64,000 nt of DNA from an uncultured Gammaproteobacteria bacterium (GTDB lineage Bacteria; Pseudomonadota; Gammaproteobacteria; CAWJPQ01), in assembly GCA_963844825.1 (NCBI GenBank), contig CAWJPQ010000002.1, positions 7,094-71,093 on the forward strand. The letters are read 5' to 3'. Positions 1 to 9,384 of the stretch are shown here, in pieces (position 1 is the first letter of the stretch; every line of letters begins with the position of its first letter). The notes under the pieces were generated by a model. The model saw only the letters and a program-made list of their open reading frames with translations, had not been told where the DNA came from and ran no database searches. Position numbers and translations under genes: made by a program.

Positions 1-205
1 TCCTGTTGACGGACGCATTCAGCTCAACAACCGCCTTAAAGGCGTCGACTGGTAATTGTTGATTAAGACCCCACTCACATATTGCATAGTTAAATAGAAG
101 ATAAATACGAGACCAAACCACTTCTTCTCCGTCCTTTAGGATCAGCTCTTTAGCTCTCTCATAGTGGTGCTTCTGTATTTCAATCAATGCCAACAGGTGC
201 GCCAT
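1..205 (-). CDS. hypothetical protein, N-terminal part only (ORF runs off the left edge)
   Basis: ATG at 205..203 and the frame stays open to position 1 (MAHLLALIEIQKHHYERAKELILKDGEEVVWSRIYLLFNYAICEWGLNQQLPVDAFKAVVELNASVNR...). All plus-strand frames here are full of stops. No clear SD. Confidence 0.3.
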   Translation of the reverse strand, partial: MAHLLALIEIQKHHYERAKELILKDGEEVVWSRIYLLFNYAICEWGLNQQLPVDAFKAVVELNASVNR

Positions 206-235
206 GGAGGATTTGGTTTCACTTGAGCATTTTTT

Positions 236-493
236 TCATCCATTGCACCCTGAGAAGAGGCTCTTTGAGAACGCCATTAAACGACTATCGCCCTGTAGCT
301 CATTAGCTAGAGCATCTTTCTCTTCACACGAAAGCGCATTGACAGCAGGGGATTGCGCATACTTTGCCAGCTCGTCATCTAGTTCATCTGTTGATCTTTG
401 CAATAGTCTTAACGCCCTATTAACAACAAACCAATCTGTCCCCGATGATTTAAACAAGCCTTTGCACGTCATTTCGGCAAGATTGCTTATCAC
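236..493 (-). CDS. hypothetical small protein (85 aa, GTG start), weak call
   Basis: ORF track entry. It is in the same reading frame as the 1..205 ORF and is separated from it only by TGA at 236..238. No SD and no recognisable motif. Confidence 0.25.
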   Translation of the reverse strand: MISNLAEMTCKGLFKSSGTDWFVVNRALRLLQRSTDELDDELAKYAQSPAVNALSCEEKDALANELQGDSRLMAFSKSLFSGCNG

Positions 494-668
494 CGTCGAT
501 AGCGATAGCTCGGCTCTCCTAATAAGGCTGACCGGATTACTAGGATCAACAGTTAAGATGCGCTAAGTTAAATGCGATATCGCATCATTGAACCTCCCTT
601 GTGAAGCCTCGACCTCTGCCACAGACTTCAATACTTCTATATCGCCAGGGGAGTGCTCCGTCGCTATC

Positions 669-1598
669 TCATCGATTCTCGTCAATGTTTTCATTGTGCG
701 CTGCACGGGCGACCTTACCAGGATACCTGTAGATATTCTTCAGATAGGCAAGAGCACCCTCTCTGTCTTCTGGATTTTCTCTCACTGCCCGCATTAAATC
801 CAGATATTCCTTGGATAAACGACTATTTGGATGTTTAGAAACAAATACCTCTTGGTTCAACAAATCAAGACTTGGATAGTGGTGTATTGTAGAAGCGATA
901 GCATTGTAGCCAAGGACGCTACTAAAATGATTCATGCGATCTGCAAGAATTTTATTTTCATCATCTATGTCTGGGACATTTGCGGTCACAAAGTGAATTT
1001 TGATCTCGCTTCTACCTGAGCGACTCGGCTCTGACCGGATGTTGTTTACGATATTTTCTAGACCTACTAGATTCTGAGCGGTAGGAAAGAATAAAGCTAC
1101 GACAGCATCGGGCAATTGTCTTGTACAAGATCCAGCAATATCTGTATGCCCTGTACGTGAGTCTATCAATATGTAGTCTGGCTGGAGATCTTTGGCAACT
1201 TGTACTTTTAGGTTTTCAATAGGGAGGATACCATCATATTGACTGTAAAGTACACCCCAATCTATTGAATTGAAATCAGCAGCATATGACTCCTTTTCGG
1301 AACCAGCCGGCATGACCCACAGACCACCACCCTTTTCTGCTTCACCTACACATTCGTAGATATAGCCCTCAATGCTGTCTGGCTTATTGTTGCGCAAATA
1401 ATAAAGGACATAATCAACGATTCCTCGAGTTTGTTTGGTCTCTCTTGGCAAATTAAACGTATTTAGACCTGGTGCCTCTAGATCAAAATCGACCATCAAA
1501 ACTCGCTTCCCAGCCTTTGCCAACGCTACACCCACATTGACCATGGCCATGGTGCGGCCAACCCCACCCTTAAATGAGTAAAATGTGACTATGTACAT
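669..1598 (-). CDS. ParA/MinD-fold (SIMIBI) ATPase with variant P-loop KGGVGR
   Basis: 309 aa. Deviant Walker A is FYSFKGGVGRTMAMVN, followed by VLMVDFDLEAPG and a Walker B-like DYILIDSRTG. The ATG at 1598 directly abuts the TAA (1599..1601) of the upstream ORF. Confidence 0.85.
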   Translation of the reverse strand: MYIVTFYSFKGGVGRTMAMVNVGVALAKAGKRVLMVDFDLEAPGLNTFNLPRETKQTRGIVDYVLYYLRNNKPDSIEGYIYECVGEAEKGGGLWVMPAGSEKESYAADFNSIDWGVLYSQYDGILPIENLKVQVAKDLQPDYILIDSRTGHTDIAGSCTRQLPDAVVALFFPTAQNLVGLENIVNNIRSEPSRSGRSEIKIHFVTANVPDIDDENKILADRMNHFSSVLGYNAIASTIHHYPSLDLLNQEVFVSKHPNSRLSKEYLDLMRAVRENPEDREGALAYLKNIYRYPGKVARAAHNENIDENR

Positions 1599-1889
1599 TT
1601 ACGGAAGCCCAGTCCCCGTAGGATGCATTTCAAAAAGTACAGCCGATTTTTTACTTTCTTCTAATGACTCTGGCTCTAGAGCATCAAATATTCCGCTGTT
1701 CTTGTAGCCAGCATCATCTTTCTTTCCGGAAATATCTTTCGAAGTCTTAAGGCGCTGAACGTTATCCTGATACATAAGTAGGCGCAAAAGATTGTCGTAT
1801 GCTTTGTTTTGTAGGATAGCGCCTCTTTCCCATCGGCCTAGCGACGCTTCGCCCAAACTTGTAAGCTCACAAAAAGCTGCTCTAGTCAT
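1599..1889 (-). CDS. XRE-type HTH protein = C-terminal half of an MqsA-family antitoxin (separate ORF as sequenced)
   Basis: MTRAAFCELTSLGEASLGRWERGAILQNKAYDNLLRLL is a Cro/C1-type HTH. Its ATG (1889..1887) overlaps the TGA (1888..1886) of the Zn-ribbon ORF as ATGA. One extra A in the A5 run (1895..1899) would fuse both ORFs into a 189-aa MqsA-like protein. Confidence 0.7.
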   Translation of the reverse strand: MTRAAFCELTSLGEASLGRWERGAILQNKAYDNLLRLLMYQDNVQRLKTSKDISGKKDDAGYKNSGIFDALEPESLEESKKSAVLFEMHPTGTGLP

Positions 1890-2167
1890 CCCAATTTTTC
1901 TCTCACGGACACTATTTCTTTCGGACTTAAAATACCTAGATGTTTGCAGACTGCTTCGTGCCGTCGATCTTCTGCCAATGCGGTTGTAAATTGAAATGAA
2001 CATTCTTCACACGTGTATAATGGCACTTTCGCACTAAGAGTAACTGCATCCTTTCCCGTTCCGTACTCAAAGGTCTCGGTCGCCAAGCTAACGCTCACCC
2101 GCTTTGAACTACACACTGGGCACGCAATCCCGCTCATGCCCTTGCGAATTAAACTGCCTTGATTCAT
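1886..2167 (-). CDS. YgiT/MqsA-type zinc-ribbon protein = N-terminal half of an MqsA-family antitoxin
   Basis: 93 aa with CPVCSS...(34 aa)...CEEC, ending ...LSPKEIVSVREKLG, which is the usual lead-in to the MqsA HTH. Lies 30 nt downstream of the putative toxin ORF. Confidence 0.7.
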   Translation of the reverse strand: MNQGSLIRKGMSGIACPVCSSKRVSVSLATETFEYGTGKDAVTLSAKVPLYTCEECSFQFTTALAEDRRHEAVCKHLGILSPKEIVSVREKLG

Positions 2168-2197
2168 AGCTTACAGCCTCAAATAACAATCACGTTA

Positions 2198-2545
2198 CTA
2201 ACAGTCATAGTGGAAGCTCCGCCCTAAAATTCCACCATTTGCAAAATGGATTTTGATATAAAGCAGCCGCTCTTCCTTCCCCAGCTTTACTTTCATCACA
2301 TAACCCGTAACGCCACTTGGATGTTTCATCAAAATTGGTTGAATTGGATGACCATTTGTCAGCAATTCCGCAATCAGGTCCCACGCGCTTGCGTCGGAAA
2401 AGGGATATCCTGTCGTGGGGTTTTCAACCGCGTGGGGGGTCCAGTGACTCGGCATACCCTTTCCCGGCAGACCAACAAACCTGGTCTTGGGATTTGACAC
2501 AAAAACCGCCAATTGAGCGCGTTGATCATCTGTTGGCTCCTGCAC
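2198..2545 (-). CDS. putative MqsR-like (RelE-fold) toxin
   Basis: 115 aa (GTG start; alternative ATG gives 85 aa). The C-terminus GYVMKVKLGKEERLLYIKIHFANGGILGRSFH resembles the MqsR C-terminus ...VYLKITVIHDVLIVSFKEK. Toxin-upstream-of-antitoxin order is typical of mqsRA. Similarity was judged by eye only. Confidence 0.45.
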   Translation of the reverse strand: MQEPTDDQRAQLAVFVSNPKTRFVGLPGKGMPSHWTPHAVENPTTGYPFSDASAWDLIAELLTNGHPIQPILMKHPSGVTGYVMKVKLGKEERLLYIKIHFANGGILGRSFHYDC

Positions 2546-2570
2546 AAGGAATCCACCCCCCTGATATAAC

Positions 2571-2692
2571 AGATCATATGAGCGATATAATGCTTTATGC
2601 TATTATTTATAGATCATATGATCGGTTGTAAAAGATACTTTAACACCCATATTACGCCATTAGAATCATATGGTTATGAATCAGCATATGAA
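2571..2692. promoter_or_regulatory. array of four CATATG-centred palindromic motifs upstream of the toxin operon (candidate operators)
   Basis: AGATCATATGA occurs at 2571..2581 and again exactly at 2611..2621. Related GAATCATATGG is at 2663..2673 and CAGCATATGAA at 2682..2692. A TATAAT hexamer sits at 2586..2591. The array lies 26-150 nt upstream of the GTG at 2545. Confidence 0.35.
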
Positions 2693-3094
2693 CATGGCAA
2701 GAATTTCTCTATGGTCTTCCGGGCCAGCAAACGCCCGCAGCCGGCAAATGAAGGTGGCGGCAAGGCCCGGCCTTGTGGTCAGGGCAGGGATCCCGAAACC
2801 TACATTTTCTCTGTGGTCACCCCATCGAGAGATGTGAGATAGAGTCGCCGGAACATTTGCGGGCTAGGGTATGAGTCATTCATACGGAAAGTGATAAGTT
2901 CCAAGCCGTAAGCAGTCCTCGCGATTAAACAGATTGAGGTATTGAGAACGGGGAAGGACCTATCTCCAAGCACAGGCGTTGAGAGCGCACATTTGCTACC
3001 CTACTATATAAGGGTAGGCCACTGATCTTGACCAGACCTCCAGTTGCATAACAGGGATCTTGGGACGGAACGAGTTCCAAATGGGAAATATCGA

Positions 3095-4197
3095 ATGAGC
3101 CCCCGCAAACGGCGTACGGAAAATATCGGCCTACCTAAAGGCTGGAGGCGCTATCACGGAGCTTACTACTATCGAGTCCCCAAAGGGTTAGAACATCTGT
3201 GGGATGGTAAGCAGCAATTCCGTCTTGGCAAAACGCTCACTGACGCATACCGTACTTGGGCCGATCGAATGGTGCGTCAAAATCAGACCCGTACTATCGC
3301 CGACCTGCTCGACCGTTATTCGCTGGAAGTCATACCTGCCAAGGCACCAAAGACACAGGAATCAAACCGGGCGGCTGTGCGCCGCCTGGCAACTGCCTTC
3401 GGCAACTGGTCACTAGAAAGCCTGAAACCGCGACACGTTTATTTGTACGTCGACAAACGCACCAGGAAGATTGCTGCGCATCGAGAAATTGAGGTATTGA
3501 GTCATGCTTTCACAAAAGCAGTGGAATGGGGGCTACTGGATCAACATCCTTTTAAGGGCCAAGTAATTCTCCGGGGCGAACAGCCCCGTACGCGATATGT
3601 TCGTGATGAAGAAGTAATCGCCGCACTTGGACTGTCATCCACACGAAAGAGGGGCTCTGTTACCGCCATCCAAGCCTACATCCGGCTCAAACTGCTCACT
3701 GGATTACGTCGAGGGGACCTTTTGCGTTTGCGAGTCACAGATCTTCGAGAAGATGGCATATATGTGGGGACTTCAAAAACCGGGAAGCCCGTTGTTTACG
3801 AATGGAATCCTGACCTACGCGAAGCGGTCACTATGGCAAAGAATGCCAGGCCCATCGATATCAGCCCATATATATTTTGCAACCAAAAAGGTCAGTGCTA
3901 TTACAATGAAACCGTAGGAAAGGCCAGCGGCTGGGAGTCTATGTGGCAGCGATTTATGAAAAGCGGGTGCTGACCGAGACCTCGGTTACAGAACGGTTTA
4001 CCGAACATGATCTACGTGCAAAGTGTGCAAGTGACGCCGAGAGCTTAGACCACGCTAGGGCCTTGCTAGCCCATGCTGACAGTCGAATCACTCAACGGGT
4101 CTATCGACGCAAACCTGAGCGAGTTAAGCCCGGGAAAGGAGTGAGAGACCCAAACAGAAACGCTAGCGTAGACCACAAGGAAAGTATCTACATCTAA
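3095..4197 (+). pseudogene. int: lambda-family tyrosine integrase, interrupted by a frameshift near 3959..3962
   Basis: The N-terminal arm-binding-like region is LPKGWRRYHGAYYYRVPKG...GKQQFRLG. Catalytic motifs are split over two frames: TGLRRGDLL in 3044..3973, and HDLRAK, LLAHAD and RVYRR in 3943..4197. Restoring A5 in the A4 run gives ...WQRFMKKRVLTE.... Confidence 0.8.
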
Positions 4198-4343
4198 GCG
4201 CCAGACAATTACGCCCTGTGCTTCACACGATATAACCATCGGCCAACTGGAAGCCCCAACGACCATGGCGTGCAAACCGAATGGCACAACCGGCAATCTA
4301 TGGCACACGGGGTACTTGCCGCAATGTGCAAGTCATTGAAAAT

Positions 4344-4420
4344 TGGCGCGCCCGGAGAGATTCGAACTCCCGACCGCCTGGTTCGTAGCCAGGTACTCTA
4401 TCCAGCTGAGCTACGGGCGC
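4344..4420 (-). tRNA. tRNA-Arg (anticodon ACG)
   Basis: The reverse complement reads GCGCCCGTAGCTCAGCTGGATAGAGTACCTGGCTACGAACCAGGCGGTCGGGAGTTCGAATCTCTCCGGGCGCGCCA. It forms a full cloverleaf with acceptor GCGCCCG/CGGGCGC and an encoded CCA. Confidence 0.95.
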
Positions 4421-4559
4421 GTGTGGTGATTCTGACTTCAGGAAGGGCAATATCTTAGCAAATCTTGGCCTTGGGGGACATCCTTTTCATGGAGGGGCGG
4501 TGGACGTGGCCGCGGCCAGCCCCGGGAGTGGAGCAAGCCTCTTACTCCCCTCACCCCTG

Positions 4560-4580
4560 CCCTCTCCCTGAGGGAGAGGG
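4560..4580. repeat. REP-like GC-rich hairpin (CCCTCTCCC-TGA-GGGAGAGGG)
   Basis: Perfect 9-bp stem. The same motif family occurs at 25139..25163, 36510..36532 and 63966..63986. Confidence 0.6.
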
Positions 4581-4695
4581 GGAAAGAAAGCCGGGCGCTT
4601 TCCAGGGTCGCACGTGGGTGCGGTCAAGCCGCGGGTCGCGTCGACGTCAAACTCGCTCGATCGATTCCGTTGACGGTCAACGTACGGGCAGCCCC

Positions 4696-4732
4696 CTGTG
4701 CCAAGGGGGCTCTTCGAACCCCCTTGGCACAG
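4696..4732. other. perfect 14-bp stem-loop immediately 3' of tRNA-Ser
   Basis: CTGTGCCAAGGGGG (4696..4709), loop ctcttcgaa, CCCCCTTGGCACAG (4719..4732). It starts 1 nt after the tRNA CCA end. No U-tract follows on the transcribed strand. Confidence 0.5.
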
Positions 4733-4733
4733 A

Positions 4734-4827
4734 TGGCGGAGAGAGAGGGATTCGAACCCTCGATGGAGCTGTTAACCCCATACTCCCTTAGCAGGGGAGC
4801 GCCTTCAGCCAGCTCGGCCATCTCTCC
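4734..4827 (-). tRNA. tRNA-Ser (anticodon GCU), long variable arm
   Basis: The reverse complement reads GGAGAGATGGCCGAGCTGGCTGAAGGCGCTCCCCTGCTAAGGGAGTATGGGGTTAACAGCTCCATCGAGGGTTCGAATCCCTCTCTCTCCGCCA. Confidence 0.95.
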
Positions 4828-4865
4828 GGTCTTCAGAGTTAGAATTGTACTGATTGTAGCGGATT

Positions 4866-4894
4866 AAAAAAAGGATTCTCTTCCACATCCTTTT
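4866..4894 (-). terminator. weak candidate intrinsic terminator downstream of csrA
   Basis: On the minus strand: AAAGGAT, 10-nt loop, ATCCTTT, followed by TTTT. The stem is short and AT-rich, so this is tentative. Confidence 0.25.
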
Positions 4895-5022
4895 GGTGCA
4901 GAAGAGAAAATCGCCAAATTATCGGGATGACGGAGTCTTCGTGAACTAACCGGACCGCCCGGCCCGGTATCAACCGGGAAAAGGCAAAGGACAAAGCCCA
5001 TGTCGTGCACACGCACTAGGGG

Positions 5023-5229
5023 CTAAGAGGCATTGTTCTCCGTGGGGTTTTTCGCAGAACTCTCCTTTTCCTTTTGGATCCGCTCATAAATTTCTTCCCT
5101 GTGAACAGAGACCTCCTTGGGCGCGTTGACACCGATTCTCACTTGGTTTCCTTTGATCCCAAGCACCGTCACGGTCACGTCATCTCCAATTATGAGCGTC
5201 TCTCCTACTCGTCTCGTCAAAATCAGCAT
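5023..5229 (-). CDS. csrA: carbon storage regulator CsrA
   Basis: [51 protein letters not shown] is a near-canonical CsrA sequence. Confidence 0.95.
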   Translation of the reverse strand: MLILTRRVGETLIIGDDVTVTVLGIKGNQVRIGVNAPKEVSVHREEIYERIQKEKESSAKNPTENNAS

Positions 5230-5417
5230 GGTCCATCTCCTTGCTCAACCAATATATTACCCTTTTAGACCTTGGAACAGGTGTAAAGCTCCCCTTCATG
5301 CAACGAGTATCGGCGAGTGCATAAGAAACTGTAGGGTGGAAAATCCCTTTTGATATCCGTATCCTGCGGCTTTGTCTTAGACGTTTATTTCATGAGCGGG
5401 GAGATACTCGCGTCGCA

Positions 5418-6641
5418 TTACGCCTGTGGCTGGTCGAGCTCGAAGGCAGTATGCAATGCACGGACTCCAAGCTCAAGGTATTTCTCGTCGATGACCACGG
5501 AGATCTTGATCTCCGACGTGGAAATCATCCTGATATTGATGCCTTCGGTCGCCAGGGCCTGGAACATCCTGCTGGCGATCCCGGCGTGGGAGCGCATCCC
5601 GACGCCCACCAGGGAGATTTTGACGATTCTCTCGTCACCGGAGACCTCGCGGGCCTGGACGTCCTTGGCCACCTGCTTCAGCAGGGACAGGGCCTTGTCG
5701 TAATCGTTGCGATGGACCGTAAAGGTGAAATCCGTGGTCCCGTCCTGGCCGACATTCTGCACGATCATGTCGATCTCGATGCCGCTGTCGGCGATGGGTC
5801 CCAGGATGTGATAAGCGACGCCAGGCCTGTCGGGGACGCCCAATATGGTCAATTTCGCCTCATCGCGATTGAACGCGATGCCGGCGATATGGGCCTGTTC
5901 CATACCTTCTTCCTCTCCAGTGATGAGCGTCCCCTCCCCGGGCTCAAACGAGGAGATGACGCGCACGGGGATATTGTATTTGCTGGCGAACTCCACGGAG
6001 CGGATCTGCAGGACCTTGGACCCGAGGCTTGCCATCTCCAGCATCTCTTCGTAGGTGAGCCGCGGCAGCCGCCTGGCCTCGGCGACCACCCGCGGGTCCG
6101 TGGTGTAGACGCCGTCCACATCCGTACAGATCTGGCATTCCCCCGCCTTCAGGGCCGCGGCCAGGGCCACGGCGGTGGTATCCGAGCCTCCGCGGCCCAG
6201 GGTCGTGATGTTGCCGTGTTCGTCGACCCCCTGAAAACCCGCCACGACGACGACCCGCCCCGCCTCCAGGTCCGCCTGAATGCGGTGGGCGTTCACGTCC
6301 ATGATGCGCGCCTTATTATACGCGCTGTCGGTCAGGATGTGGACCTGAGCCCCGGTATAGGAGCGGGCCGGGCAGCCCAGTTTGCGCAGCGTCATGGCCA
6401 GCAGGGCAATGGTGACCTGCTCGCCGGTGGCAAGCAGCACGTCCAGCTCCCGGGGGTCCGGGCGCCTGTCGACCTGCTTGGCCATCCCCAGCAGCCGGTC
6501 GGTCTCGCCCTGCATGGCGGATACCACCACCACCACCTGATGGCCCTGCTCGTAGCTCGCCTTGACCCGTTCGGCCACGTGGGCGATACGTTCCAGGGTG
6601 GCGACGGAGCTGCCGCCGTACTTTTGTACAATGCGCGTCAT
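5418..6641 (-). CDS. lysC: aspartate kinase (monofunctional, ACT-domain type)
   Basis: 407 aa. Contains MTRIVQKYGGSSV, GRGGSDTTAVALAAAL and C-terminal ACT repeats. An internal ATG at 5903 with an upstream GGAGAGGAAGAAGG could give a beta subunit. Confidence 0.95.
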   Translation of the reverse strand: MTRIVQKYGGSSVATLERIAHVAERVKASYEQGHQVVVVVSAMQGETDRLLGMAKQVDRRPDPRELDVLLATGEQVTIALLAMTLRKLGCPARSYTGAQVHILTDSAYNKARIMDVNAHRIQADLEAGRVVVVAGFQGVDEHGNITTLGRGGSDTTAVALAAALKAGECQICTDVDGVYTTDPRVVAEARRLPRLTYEEMLEMASLGSKVLQIRSVEFASKYNIPVRVISSFEPGEGTLITGEEEGMEQAHIAGIAFNRDEAKLTILGVPDRPGVAYHILGPIADSGIEIDMIVQNVGQDGTTDFTFTVHRNDYDKALSLLKQVAKDVQAREVSGDERIVKISLVGVGMRSHAGIASRMFQALATEGINIRMISTSEIKISVVIDEKYLELGVRALHTAFELDQPQA

Positions 6642-6713
6642 GGATGTCGTTGAGAGATTATCCCGCTCGAGGTGCCGTAGCTCGGATCGCGGCCGAAGAA
6701 CTCGACGGACCGC

Positions 6714-9324
<2,611 letters not shown>

Positions 9325-9384
9325 TGGTCGCGTTCTGTTTCATCGTTATCGTTGTGCCGCACGGGCCCCTCCCCTTAGTCCTGC

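Larger units (their letters stand above)
1..4343. mobile_element. tRNA-Arg-associated integrative genomic island, right-hand part (left end lies outside the window)
   Basis: GC drops abruptly (by eye ~40-50% in 1-2700 versus >60% elsewhere). A lambda-type tyrosine integrase gene reads toward tRNA-Arg and ends 146 nt from its 3' end. Cargo genes are TA-like and ParA-like, not housekeeping. Confidence 0.6.

Noticed and set aside
204-566. 120-aa plus-strand ORF
   Set aside because: The translation is Ser-rich and low-complexity (SSSSSSS), and there is no SD. The opposite strand carries the more protein-like reading frames and is co-directional with the island operon.
2597-2842. 81-aa plus-strand ORF between toxin gene and integrase
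   Set aside because: It starts inside the CATATG repeat array and has no SD. Its composition changes abruptly midway (an AT-rich half, then a GC-rich half). It is probably non-coding. No excisionase-like (AlpA/Xis) sequence was recognised either.
4270-4867. ORFs 4270..4458, 4465..4791, 4624..4821 and 4670..4867
   Set aside because: They overlap the tRNA-Arg or tRNA-Ser genes or are made of REP-like repeat translations (SPHPCPLPEGEGE).
5451-6653. 400-aa plus-strand ORF
   Set aside because: It is exactly antisense to the well-supported lysC gene. Its composition is dominated by G/D/H/R/L/V, which is typical of the mirror frame of a high-GC gene. It has no motif and no SD.
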